From the human T2T-CHM13v2.0 reference genome, Homo sapiens: a stretch of 64,000 bases of DNA. Where the stretch lies: the NCBI RefSeq assembly GCF_009914755.1, contig NC_060929.1; one strand, written 5' to 3'. The notes under the pieces were generated by a model, which saw only the letters and a list, made by a program, of their open reading frames with translations, was not told the DNA's origin and did no database searches. The position numbers and the translations under genes were made by a program. Positions 1 through 15,065 of the stretch are shown here, piece after piece (position 1 is the first letter of the stretch; each line of letters begins with the position of its first letter).

Positions 1-552
1 GTAAAATGCACCAATCAGCACTCTGTAGCTAGGATTGTAAAACGCACCAATCAGCGTTCTGTAGCTAAGATTGTAAAACGCACCAATCAGCATTCTGCAG
101 CTAGCAAGAGGTTTGTAAAATGCACCAATTAGCACTCTGTAGCTAGGAATGTAAAACACACCAATCAGTGCTCTGTAGTTAGCAAGAGGATTGTAAAATG
201 CACCAAACTGCGCTCTGTAAAATGCACCAATCAGTGCTCTGTAAAATGCACCAATCAGCAGGAGTCTAAAAGTAGCCAATCGCAGGGAGGATTGAAAAAA
301 GGCACTCTGATAGGACAAAAATGGAACATGGGAGGGGACAAATAAGGGAATAAAAGCTGGCCACCCCCAAGCCAGCAGAGGCATCCCACTGGGGTTTGCT
401 TCCACCTGTGGAAGCTTTGTTTTCACTCTTACTGCTCCTTACTCTTTGGGTCTGTGCCATTTTTAAGAGTTGTAACACCGCAAAGGTCCGTGGCTCCATT
501 CTTGAAGTCAGTGAGACCATGAACCCACTGGAAGGAACCAACTCCGGACACA
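1..552 (+). mobile_element. LTR12-family (ERV9) LTR, truncated by the window start
   Basis: Tandem GTAAAAYGCACCAATCAGCRCTCT units with 8 CCAAT boxes in 11-280, the AATAAA-type TATA box at 349-354, and the typical end GAAGGAACCAACTCCGGACACA ending in CA at 552. Confidence 0.9.
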
Positions 553-705
553 ATATGACTATATAATTCTACCATGGGTAGAATAAGCAAGTAGAGCAAG
601 ACATAAGCAGTAGAGCCAGTTTTTGTAGTCAGGCTTTCTAAACACTGCAGGTGTATAGATATAGCTGATGAAGAGAAGCTCTTTGCAAAATATTGACCAC
701 ATTCA

Positions 706-711
706 TTTATT
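706..711 (-). terminator. Candidate distal polyadenylation signal of HCN1 (AATAAA on minus strand)
   Basis: TTTATT on + strand at 706-711, the last such hexamer before the LTR12. It fits my recollection that HCN1 mRNA has a multi-kb 3' UTR, but usage cannot be proven from sequence. Confidence 0.55.
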
Positions 712-1109
712 TTTATAATGTCAATGTATTATTGATAGCATTAAAAATGTTACAGAAGGCAATGGACACATTGTACTGATGTGATATTAAGAAACATTGC
801 TAGCTATGGCACCAAAATTTATGTGACATAAGGAAATTATAATACCTAACACATATTAGTTTTCTCTTCCCTGGTTCTAACTAGCAAGTGCCAGGAGGCA
901 GGCTGGGTTAAACAGCGTGACCAAGAGTAAACTTTGGATGGTCCAGGATAAAATTATAACATAGGTGGTTTGTCGTTGCTTGTGTTTATTTAATGTTCTC
1001 TCGCTTTCCTTGTCTAGCCAAGATCCCATGCTATGTTGACTTGTCATCTCCAGAAATGTCTTCACACTTGGAAGTTCCCTTAAAAAGCCCTTAAAATTTA
1101 CCTCCTCTA

Positions 1110-1287
1110 GGACTTACTAGTTCCAATTTTTTCAATATTAATACACATATGAATCATCTGGGGATCTTGCCCAAAAGCGGACTTCTGTAGGTACAGGGTA
1201 AGGCCAAGGACTCTGCACTTCTTGTAATTATACTTCTGGGTGATACTGACGCTGCAGTTCCATGCACCACACTTTCCACAGTGAGGC
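1110..1287. mobile_element. MER5A-like hAT-Charlie DNA transposon remnant
   Basis: GAATCATCTGGGGATCTTG...CTCTGCACTTCT...GGTGATACTGACGCTGC...ACCACACTTT resembles the MER5A consensus. Boundaries approximate. Confidence 0.6.
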
Positions 1288-1831
1288 ACGCAAGAACATT
1301 TAGAACTGCACATTTTAAACAGAATTGTAATATGTTAGGTTGGTAATAGATGTTAGAAGAGTTAGGCAAACAAGATTTAATTTTGAATGCTTGGAAACTA
1401 AGACCTTGAACAAATATGAGAAAGAAATGAGAATACATTTGGAAAACTCTTTTTGAATCTTTCAAATTTCTTTGGGTTATGTTCTTTCTTCCTTCAAAAG
1501 TAAATCTTTCCTTTCTCAGGAGTTTTCCTCACAAATTTAACAGGAAATAAAAACCTTTCAAGAAAGTCTCTTTGCCTCTACACATCTGAATATTCTCTGT
1601 AGAAAACGATGCAACCTGTTTTTTTGCAAAATTCCGTTATTTAAAAAAAAAAGTCTGAATAACTCTACGTTACCTGAATTCAATTATATAATCTATTGGA
1701 AACATAAAGTGGTCCTCTTTTGAAGAATTATTATATTTACTAATTTATTCAGATTTCTTCAATTGAATGAATCAATAGTATTCTCTGCTCATATGGTATT
1801 ACTGAAACAACTACATAGAAAAAAATAGCAG

Positions 1832-2247
<416 letters not shown>

Positions 2248-2265
2248 TTAAAGAACTGGCTTCAC

Positions 2266-2617
2266 TTTTTTGTTTGTTTGGGTTTTTCTTGAGAAAGGGT
2301 TTTGCTCTGTCCCCCAAGCTGGAGTGCAGTGGAACGAACAGGGCTCACTGCAGCCTTGACCTCCTAAGTTCAAGCGATCCTCCTGCCTTAACTTTCTGAG
2401 TAACTAGGACTACAGGAATACACCACCTATAGTCGGGTTTTCTAAACACTGCAGGTATGTAAGTATATACTGGTCAATTAAAAAAATTTTTTTTCCTTGT
2501 AGAGACCAGGTCTTGACATGCTGCCCTGGTTGGTCTCCAATTCCTGGCCTCAAGCATTCCTCCCACTTTGGCCTCCCAAAGTGCTAGGATTACAGGCATG
2601 AGCCACCACGCCTGGCC
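2266..2617 (-). mobile_element. Alu (AluJ-type) carrying a ~43 bp non-Alu insertion
   Basis: T-rich tail at ~2266-2290, GCTCACTGCAGCCTTGACCTCC, ends GCCTGGCC at 2617. TSD-like AGAACTGGCTT (2252) / AGAACTTGCTT (2620). Confidence 0.9.
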
Positions 2618-4388
2618 TGAGAACTTGCTTTATTTTAGCCAAAATTATTTTATCACTTCTTTCCCTTCTCACAGGTTCTAGCTCTTATCTTCTTGTACCC
2701 CTTCCCTGCCGCAATATATTATCTTACGCAAAGCAAGTAAACTTTCAGTTTCCTATTCCCATTACTCTATTTAGCAAACCTAGGACCTTCCTTAGGACCC
2801 AGCATCCTCACAAGGCAGGGTGGGGTTGTAAATAGCCCCCAGTTTTTGCTGTGTCATAAATTATTTTATTCCTTGTTACATTAGCAAAACAGACATTTCA
2901 ATGTGAATCCTCCCCGTTGATAAGCTTAAATTAAGAATATAAAGTACAACACTGTAAAACCTTTGCCCTGATGTTAAAAGCCTTTCAGAAGGTTTTTGAA
3001 ATCCCTATTTCCCACTTGATCTGGGTTCCTCTTCACCCTGTGAGACACTCCAGCTGCATTGAACTGCCAGTGTTCCCAATCAGCTGTGCTCTGTTAAACA
3101 TCCACATTTTAGAAAAGCATGCTTAATTTTTCACTAAATGATAATTATTTCCCCAGCATTTAATGTATTACTCATTCTCTCCACATCAAGGACCTTGTAA
3201 ACAAATTCAGAGCATTATCTGTAGGTTCTTTTAAGATCATCTTTAAATAATTTTCAAGGTGGGATGCGGGGAGTGTCAGCAAGGCTTCTCTCATTAAAAA
3301 ACCTTAAAATCTCCATTTGTCCCTGTCAAAGCCTGAATTGGAAGCAGGGTCAGCATTAGGGTGAGACAAGAGATGCAGGGTTGTGCAAGTGCAGGGTTGT
3401 TAAAAAGGAAAAAAATTGAAATTGCTTAAGAAAGTCATTGCTTTTGAGGGGTAATAGCAGGTGTACTTCCCTAAGTACAATAGCAAATCTTTCAAAGAAA
3501 ATTTCTATCCTATTTTTCCTTGAAAATAACCATATTGAATACAGTTATAGAACTGTATTTTATTTATTTGTATGTGCTACAATTTGGTGCATGCAGCAAC
3601 CACAGTTCCTTAAATTTTTGGCCATTGTTTTCAGGACTCAAAATAGCTCAGCATTCCATTCTATAAGGCCCATGTTTCTTTCCCATGGTACAGTATGAGT
3701 ACTTTTTAAAGTAGGTGAACATAAAATAAAAGTTTGCTAGTTGTAGTGCATATGAACAAAATAACCACATGGGTTTTATGGCACATGTTCTAAAAAGATA
3801 AAGATATAATGGAGAGATATCTCATTCAAACAGGTTAACATTATAAACAGTGCAAGTGAGGGCCATAGAAGCAAAGTAACATAGTAAAATTAACAAATAT
3901 AAAAACCTAAGCTGAAAGAGGAGGTATGGAGATTTTTTAAATAGTCCTGAAAGATAATAGAGATTGCTCATAATTTGAAGTAGACATAATTCAGGATTTG
4001 AAATAAATCATCTAAAATTTTAAACATGTCATATTGTTTAAATCATTCTCTGTCCTATAGGAATGACGGTAATAACTTGACTATGTACTTTGTAGTGTCC
4101 TGAAAATAGTATGCTCAGTTAAGTTTATAAATTGCAAAATAACCATCTCTTTAAAGTGGAACAGCATTCATCAGGGAATTGTTCACTTATGAAGAGGTCA
4201 TCCAGACCTGGAGACAAGCTACTTTTTTGGTGAATAGAATATATTGCCATTGCTACTATTTATCCTCCTTGTTTTCAGGAATGCTTCACTACTTATTCTC
4301 ATTATGATAAACTCTATCTCAGGCTTTTAGGTATCATTTAAAACCCACTTGTGTGGGGAGGTTCTATCACTCTCCAAATAACTTTGCA

Positions 4389-4631
4389 GGGCCCAAGGCT
4401 ATAAATATGAATATATTTATACAAACCTATTTTGTTATAATAGGGCCTTGGGCCTACTATACAAACCTATTTTGTTTAAGGCTATAAATATGAATGTATT
4501 TATATAAACCTGTTTTGTTATAATAGAGCCCAAGGCCCTATTATAACAAAATAGGTATGTTATAAAACTATTATAACAAAATAGGTATGTCATAGAACTA
4601 TTATAACAAAATAGGTTTGTATAAATATATT
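4389..4631. repeat. Complex direct/inverted repeat patchwork
   Basis: Three forward and three reverse copies of the core ACCTATTTTGTTATAATAG. Perfect inverted pairs of 34 bp (4410-4443 / 4598-4631) and 29 bp (4425-4453 / 4528-4556). Confidence 0.95.
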
Positions 4632-7600
4632 ACAGGACAATTATTTACCATTATTACAGGAAAATTATTTCTCATCTGTATATCCAATAATTACACAAAA
4701 TGGTTGTGTTTTGAAGTTGGAGAACAACCACATTCTAAAAAGGCACAGAGCAAAAAAGAAAATAAGCTCATATTTTACTATACGAAAAAGGTAAACAAAG
4801 AAGTGGTTGAAAAATCCATGTTCTATTTAAAGTCCTCTCATTCCAGAATTATAGAATATAATTGATTTTATGTGATTATCAAGTATAAGCTCTTGGAAAT
4901 TTTATGATGTAAAAATAGAGGCAAAGCTGTACTCATTAATAAAATAAAACATTTGATTAGCATATATTGATAAAATAAAATATTCATGATTGTAGTTTAT
5001 TTTTTGTTGAATTTATTAATAATCTTTATATATATTTATATATGTATGGCTTTGAGCAAAGACAAAAGAAATACTCTAACTCATCCCTGATCATACAGTT
5101 GTTGTAAGAATCAGCTATTCTATTATCTTTCCAGCAGCAGAAAGACCAATGAATAATACATTTCTTTCTGTACAGATTAAAACTCCATACATACGGGCTT
5201 CACTATGTACAGAGAAAAGAGGTCACTTTTCAACTAGCAATGGACCTTTATATTACAGGAATGTGAGTCATTTTTTTTTCTTAATCTAAGTATATATACA
5301 TTCATACATATATGTATATAATTTACCCTGTACCTTTTTATTAGTTTAATATATAAACCTTAGTTTTTTTGTCCATTCTATTACAAAGTGAATAAAAATT
5401 GTATGGTTGCACTGAAAGACCATGCATTTCAATTTTGCTTATGTTTCCCAATAGTGCTCAAAATAAAAAACCAAAAATTTATATATATAAAAATATTTCA
5501 CTACCAAATCCATTAATCCTATCAAATGTAAACCTTTAATAATTTAAAGGACCAATACGTAATCTTAATAAATTGAAGTTAATTCTCATATTTTAATAAA
5601 ATAAAGGAGTTTTGTACTGATATGTAAATGGTCTTGCAGCTTTCCCATAGGTTCTAGGTAGACTGAACAATCCCTTTCTTACAACAGTATTCCTGACATG
5701 CCATCATATGTCACCAGCATATTGATGATTACATTACATCGACTAGCAGTTAATTACTTCCACACCAGTTGGGATTTGTTTGAAATTAAACATAACAACT
5801 CATTTTGGTATTATAGGTATTATATCCACAAAAGGCATAACAGGCAGCAAGGATCCACTTTAGAGTTTCTGCTTTTGTTTTTGTTTTCTGTCCTCAAGTC
5901 TATCTGCAGGCCCTGTCCCACATAATGTGTGATCTCTGTATGTTCTTAAATGTATTGCCAGTGCCAGAGATACTGAAGACCTCCACTTTAAGTCATGCTC
6001 TTAACTTGGGTTATTTACCGCAGCCAGTTGTTAGGAATCTTTCAATTGTGTTCCAGTCATACTCCACATGTGTGGGATGCATTAGGCACAAATGATTACT
6101 AAGGGAGTTCTTTGAGAAGAAGCAGGTGCTCACAGATCATGTAAAGAGTTAAGAAAACAGACAGACAATGCTCATAGACGTTCAACTTTACCCCTGCTTT
6201 CTGTCACCATGTCTGTACTATTTTCAACACATTAAAAATGACAAACCTCCTATCTAAGGGCTACGTTAGTCACCACATGCCTTAAAGTTTACTAACCATT
6301 TAGTTACAATATACATAGAGCAAAATGTGTGTTCCCAAACAGACGTGATGCTGTATTGAATTTATTTCTTTAAATTAATACCATAGTAAATTACCAGCTA
6401 CAGTGAAGACACAGACAACACTTAACTCCAAATCAAGCTGTGGTTTACAAATAATTATTTAAATAATAATAGCAATAATATTAAATAAAAGTGAAAACCT
6501 CACTTCTAGACTTAAGTCAGAGATCCAAGTCAGCCTTATAGGAATTATAAGATAGGCAATTAATGAATTGTTATGCTTTTCTAGAAACGAGAAATACTGT
6601 AAGCCTTTCTCTACAATGACTGATTTGAACCTATTTTTTTTTCCCCAGAAGCATGCAGGGACTATTTTCAGATGCTTGATTATGGCAAGAAGAAAGAAAA
6701 GTAACGATTTTTGGTGTAATACAAGCAATTTGTAGATTCGAGCATACAATTTTGCATAAAACATTGCAGGTTAAAATAATATTGTAGGTTTCAAGCCATT
6801 GCATTACAATTGAATAATTCTCACAATCAGGTTTTGTAAAATTTAAAACTCTAAGTTTTGAAGTGAAGCAATAAAACTAAATTCTTAAACAATGACTTTT
6901 ACCTTCATACAACACAGAATAGCTATTTTTATTTGGGTTGAAAAAGTTATTTACAACTAACATTGATCGAGTCTTGGTAAAAGTCCGATAACACATGAAG
7001 ACAAATATTAATTTTCCCTCAGCTTTCTGAAAGATCAATGAACATGTTTGAGGTTAGTGATATTCTTAACAAACAGTGGCAATGCTAGTCTCCTACGGTG
7101 GCCAAGCAAGTAGTGCATTCTTTAACCTAATTTGAAATTGAAAGCACCGAAATACAATTTAGATCTATAAAATGGGATTTGTTATTTAATTCTCCACCAT
7201 TAATGATTAACAATTTAGATGCAGAGACACAGCTAATGAAAGAAAGTTTTGATTGGTGCTATTTACTAGTTCATTTGAGTTGCCTTTTTAAAATCAGTTT
7301 TGTTTCCATTGAATCCAAGAACTCTTCATAAAATAGAGAAATATACATATCAAAGGACTTAAGTAAAAGTAGGTTAGAAATAAATAATCTTACAACGACA
7401 TTTTAAATCCTTTAATGATTTAAAGAAAGGAAGACATATAACACTGAATGCTAAACAGGTCTTTTGACCCTCTCTTGGGAATTTAGATATATATTTTATA
7501 GTATATGTATATATATTTTTACATTTCACGTGTAGGCCACAGCTGTCTAAAATATCTCTTCATAGTAGGCTAGAGGGATCTATCAGGAGATAGAATAAAA

Positions 7601-7663
7601 TAAGATCTGAGTATAGTCTCAGTTTATGAGAGTATTTCTTTCTGCTTTGACAATCAGCAGGGA

Positions 7664-8578
<915 letters not shown>

Positions 8579-9504
8579 TTAGAAAGCCTACCAATGACTG
8601 ATGACAACGCCAAGTGAGAGTGGCTCCTGCAAACAGAAGTATAGCTGTGCTTCACAGGAGAGGCTTAAAAAGCCAGTCACTCACCTTTACACACCAAATA
8701 CCAATGTGGCTCCTACCTTTCACACTTCCTGTATTTCTCTGGGAACTCTTACCTTCTACTCAAGTTGAACGGCCTGTAATATGGCAAAGAGCCACTTTAC
8801 AGAAGAAATGGAGATATTTAACATGAGGGCCACCTTGAAGAATGGGGGAAGAAAGGGCTTTTGGAATAGGATGGGCTTGGAATCAACATTTGATTTTAAA
8901 GTTACTTTTTCAAGAAAGGACCATGGAGACATAAGCGAGAACATTTGAACACGTACTATGTGATAAGCACTCTACAAAAGACCTTAGGTAGATGATTTTA
9001 TGTAACCCGCGACCCTGTCAGATAGGTGTGTTCATAATCTCATTTTACCTGAAAGGAGATCAGGACATGAGAAGACTAAGAACAGTGCCCAGGAAAACAA
9101 AAAAAAAACATGGTTGGCAGGTAACAGGGCTGAGAAAGACCATATACACAAAAAAGTGATTGCACATCCTTGCTATGGAAAATGAACCAACTGCCCCTGT
9201 CTCATCTGTGTGCTTGCTAGAAACTCAGCCTCCTGGGCCTGACCCCACTTGCTGAATCAGATGTTGCATTTTACTAAGATCCCCAGGTGATTCCCAAATG
9301 CAAATCTGAGGAGGACTGTATCAGGTTTTGCTTTTGACCCAGTGTCTTACACCAGTCATTCTCAGTCCTAGTTGGATATTTTTCTTATCTCTGGAGCTTT
9401 AAAAAATACTAACATCCACTTGTTCCCTACCAATTAAATCTAAATAATCATACATGGGCTCTGAATTTCAGTAGTTTAAAAGCAAATTTCCCCAGGAAAT
9501 TCTT

Positions 9505-9835
9505 TTTTTAAAATTTATTATTTATTTATTTTATTTTATTTATTTATTTTTTTGAGACGGAGTCTCGCTCTGATGCCCAGGCTGGAGTTGCAGTGGCACC
9601 ATCCCAGCTCACTGCAAGCTCTGCCTCCCGGGTTCATGCCATTCTCCTGCCTTAGCCTCCTGAGTAGCTGGGACTACAGGTGCCCGCCACCGTGCCCGGT
9701 TAATTTTTTGTATTTTTAGTAGAGATGGGGTTTCACCATGTTAGCCAGGATGGTCTCCATCTCATGACCTTGTGATCCACCCGCCTCGGCCTCCCAAAGT
9801 GCTGGGATTACAGGCGTGAGCCACCACGCCCAGCT
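9505..9835 (-). mobile_element. AluY inserted in an old MER5-like element
   Basis: AluY diagnostics ACTGCAAGCTC, TTCATGCCATTCTCC, TTAGCCAGGATGG. TSD TTCCCCAGGRAATTCTT at 9488 and 9835. Confidence 0.93.
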
Positions 9836-9972
9836 TCCCCAGGGAATTCTTAAATGCAGCCAAGACTGAGACTGACTTTATGATCTTTCCTCTTCTGAAT
9901 GGTTGTTGTGAGGACCAAGGGCATAGTGCATTGCAGGCTCTCAGCTCCCTCTAAGACCTCAATAAATTTTAC

Positions 9973-10048
9973 CTTTTCCTGCCATCATCTTCTGAGTGGT
10001 TTGCAATACAGCTTTTCCTGCCATCATCTTCTGAGTGGTTTGCAATAC
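9973..10048. repeat. Perfect 37 bp tandem duplication (period 39)
   Basis: CTTTTCCTGCCATCATCTTCTGAGTGGTTTGCAATAC at 9973-10009 and 10012-10048. Confidence 0.95.
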
Positions 10049-10651
10049 TAGACAGTCTCTGGCATAATAATTATTAGAATGAATAGTGGATTGGTGAAAG
10101 AAGGGGAAAGTAGTGACTTTTCTATGGCATCATTGATACACTAATCTCCAAGTGAATATGGTAACTGAAAAGTGAATCAATTTGCGATATTGCTAAATAA
10201 ACTAACACATTAAAGGTAACAAAATATATTTTTGAAGATAAATATGTATTGTAATTTCATTGACTGCTAGGAATGCAATCATTTTAAATGACTGCCAAAA
10301 TAGTTACCTCTCCCTACTTACAGACTGTCCTAATTTCCCAAAGAACAAAAACTCCTACATTAGTAATAAATATAAATGCTTATTTAGCATATTTGCTTAA
10401 CTAACTGCAGCATACATCTATATGCAATGGCCACAAAACCGAGAAGCATAATGTTTCTTTCTGATTATGTGAACAGTCAAAATATCTTAATCTAAGTATC
10501 TTTAACCTTGGGAAAAATAATGTAACTTTTAATACACTCTTACTATGTTATAAAGATCAAAAATTCAATTGCTTAGTGCCTATTAGAAATTGCATTGCCT
10601 GTATTGATTACGAACCATTTCATGTAAATATTGTTATAAAAATTAACTGCA

Positions 10652-10961
<310 letters not shown>

Positions 10962-11479
10962 TTAGATGAAAGTGAAGCTGTATCAGATTAACAGAAATTA
11001 TCTAGTGAAATATCCTGATTTTAATGTTTTCTCTAAGGATGTCTAGCTGGTTTAGGAAGAAACTCATTGCTTAGAAATTAGTCTCTGTCTCTAACATAAA
11101 CACTCACACACTACAAAGAGGGAAGTTATTTTCCAATTAAGTAAGGATGCTTTCAGGAGTGCCTACTTCTTTTGTGGGTATTGTCTCCCTGAATGAGTAG
11201 GTCTTGTTAAATCTCTAAGATTTCAATATGAATTTCTAATACGTTTGTTATATCTAATGATGATGTCCAAATACTGCCTTTACTTCTAATCTATTTTCAG
11301 ATCTCTATGCAGTCTGCTGTCCTACTAATATAGAGAGAAAGGAAGATGTGAATGTGAAGTGCAGAAAAAAAGCCAACATAACAATTTATCAATCTGAAGT
11401 CCTTACCTTTAATAAGAATGAAGCAGTTGAGGTACCTCCTTGTTTATCACAAGTGATCCCAGCCCCATCTTTTTTGAGT

Positions 11480-11820
11480 TCATTTATTCCTTCCTCCCTT
11501 CCTACCTCTCTTCAACAAATATTCATTGTATACTAGGTACTGTGAATGTAATGGTGAATTAAACATGAGCTCTACATTGACAAATTTAGCATCTCTAGAG
11601 CCAGTAATAAAAGCAGTGCTGTGATGGGGGAGCTTCAGAGGCTATAGGAGAATGCATCCAAGGAACTGGGCTTAGTAGGGAGTGGGAGGTCAGAGAAGGT
11701 TTCTAGAGGGAGGTGATATCTAAACAGAGAGAGGAAGGTTGAGCAGAGTCGAGCTGACCAAAAAAAAGTAGAGAAGGGGAGGGTGGCAAAGAGGGTTTAG
11801 GTGTGGAAAATGAATGCATA
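11480..11820. mobile_element. L2 remnant
   Basis: TTCATTTATTC...TTCAACAAATATTCATTG...TACTAGGTACTGTG resembles the L2 3' end; highly diverged. Confidence 0.45.
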
Positions 11821-12447
11821 CTACCTTACAACATAATGTTCCAGGATATCTAGGAATGTTAACAGCAAGCCAATCCAAGCTAACTTTACTATGGCAATTA
11901 TGCAAATCTTCAAACTAGCATAACTAATAAGGCCTAATGGTTGTATATATATATTTTTTTATTTGGTAGCAGAAAAGACTTTAAAATATGTTGATGTTTG
12001 CGAGGTAAAGCATCTATGTAGGGCATTACTATCAAGGCTTTTTTTTTCTGCTTGAGTCTATATTACAAACATTTTATTATGTCTCTGCTGAGATTAATTT
12101 AAATGTGCAAATTTTCAATTCCTAATATAAAGATAAAATGTAAAGTTGATCCAAAAATACAAAAAAAGTGATAAAACTTAGTTTGTAATATAGACTCATA
12201 TATCATATTTTTAGTTCTATTTCAATGCTGTCTAGAATTTTTATCATTGCTTTTTACCTGAAGATTCAAATTGTTTTGGCATCAGTCGGGAAATCAGTTT
12301 GTTTAGCTAGCAAAAATAGACATTAATAAATAAACCCAGAATACTTAGAAGAGATAGATAGGGACCCAGATCTCTCAAGAAATACGGCTACAGCTAATTG
12401 CTATTTCTACACAAATTAACAAGCAAGCTATAAACTGGCATGTGGGA

Positions 12448-12806
<359 letters not shown>

Positions 12807-12831
12807 TAAAGAAGGTAGAAAACTAGAGTAC

Positions 12832-12996
12832 CTATTCGATCTAGTCGGTCAATGGCAACTGTCTCAAAGGCTCTCCTCATCATTGGATATTCCTCCAGGA
12901 CCTCGTTGAAATTGTCCACGGAAAGTGAGTAAAGACGACAATATGTATCAGCTCGAACACTGGCAGTACGACGTCCTTTGGTCAGCAGGCAAATCT
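12832..12996 (-). CDS. HCN1: HCN1 exon 7: CNBD phosphate-binding cassette and B/C helices
   Basis: Acceptor ...ttttatag|AG ATT TGC; donor ATA G|gtactc. 165 nt, phase 1-1. Translates (E)[54 protein letters not shown](G). Confidence 0.98.
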
Positions 12997-13230
12997 CTAT
13001 AAAAACAAACAACAAAGAAGAATGACTTGTTTGATCATTTTCTTTTAAAAGCCATTAAGGCTTCCCACAACTTAAAACAAGTCTCATGGTGTGAAAAAAC
13101 AATTATTAGCAGCATTTTCTATTATATCAGCAAATTCCTTCTGACAAAAATATCCGACTGCCAATACTCAATCTTAAAATAATGTTTTTTTGTTTTGTTT
13201 TGTTTTAAAAAAAAAAAAAACAGTTGAGAA

Positions 13231-13704
<474 letters not shown>

Positions 13705-14769
13705 TTAGAAAGACGATTTTATGAATTCTGGAAGGCAGAAAGCAGATGGTATAATCTAGGCAGAAGCCAAAATGAGTCCAAACATTGGCTTAGAAAGTCC
13801 TATGATCAAACAAAGCTAGACCAGAGGTTTAGATATAGGCATGTCTAATGTAGTTTGTATATTCCCAATGAGATCAGTATGAAGAAAGTGATATTCCACA
13901 TGTACAGAGGGACTCTCTATTTAAATGACTTTTAAGGGTAATTCCTTACTGAAATTTAGATTTCCAAAATATGGTAAACAAACATTTGCAAATTTGGATT
14001 TCATTATTGGCCAGCTGAAGCTATATAGCTATTAAGAGATAATTTTCCATTTTGTTTTCCAAAAATTATGATTTGAACTACTGTAGGCTTTGATTATTTT
14101 TAATTTGGAAATAATTTAAACATTTAGCTTCAAAATAACAAATTTGAAAAGAGAAATGATAGAAGTATTTCTAAAATTTAGTCACCTAACAAAAGGAAAT
14201 AAATATAATATTAAATGTCTAAATTCACACTCGAGCTAATTTAAAGAAGTTCTATTTATGTTGACAAACACTGTGAATAAATCACGCTGTAGACACATGT
14301 ACGTTCATTTGAATACAATCTGGTAAGAACAATGTCACATATATGCAAACTCTGAGAATACTAGAGAAGGACACGTGAACCAGTCTGGGAAGATAGAGAG
14401 GATTTTAGGAAATGTCACCTAAACCATCAATTATGCTGTTGTTCTTGTCAAGATTGAAAAGTAATGTTGTAAACCTGCTAAATAATATTGTGGGGTCTGT
14501 GTGTTTGTCTGAATGTTTTTGTGCCTGAATATGTGTGTGTGTCTGTGTAGGAAAATAAATCTATTTTGGTCAATTTTAAAGCAAATTACCATACCATGGA
14601 ATTTACCTGCTACTGTAATATAAACAAGGTAATTAAAAGAAGCATTTTGAATACTACTCCAAAATTAAATTCCTGTGTCACTAAAGTACTAATGCCATAT
14701 AATTATAATTTATGATTGCCACATTATGGCAAACAAAGCTAAGTGTTGGTTTCAAATCTTGTGTGGAAT

Positions 14770-15065
14770 GCTAAATGAAAGAAGACAGACATGAGAAGCC
14801 ACATACTGTGTGATTCCATTTATGTAAAATATTCAGAAAATACAAATCTGCAGAGACAGATAACAGATTAGTGGTTGCCTGAGGCAAAAGATGGAAAAGG
14901 GAATTAACAGTAAGTGGGCACAGGAATCTTATTTGGGTGATGAAAATGTTCTAAAACCTGATTTGTGGTGATGGTTTCATCACTTGGTAAATTTACTTAA
15001 AGATATTTGAATTCTACACTTTAATGAATTATATGTGTAAAATACGTTGCATTAAAGCTATACAA
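14770..15065 (+). mobile_element. Old L1M 3' end fragment
   Basis: CACATACTGTGTGATTCCATTTATG...AGATTAGTGGTTGCC...GGGTGATGAAAATGTTCTAAAA is typical of L1MB/MC/ME 3' UTRs. Confidence 0.75.

Noticed and set aside
1-260. Tandem 24-42 bp repeats resembling a CRISPR array
   Set aside because: No unique spacers; these are LTR12 U3 enhancer repeats in mammalian DNA.
266-553. 95 aa minus-strand ORF
   Set aside because: Entirely within the LTR12; no coding evidence.
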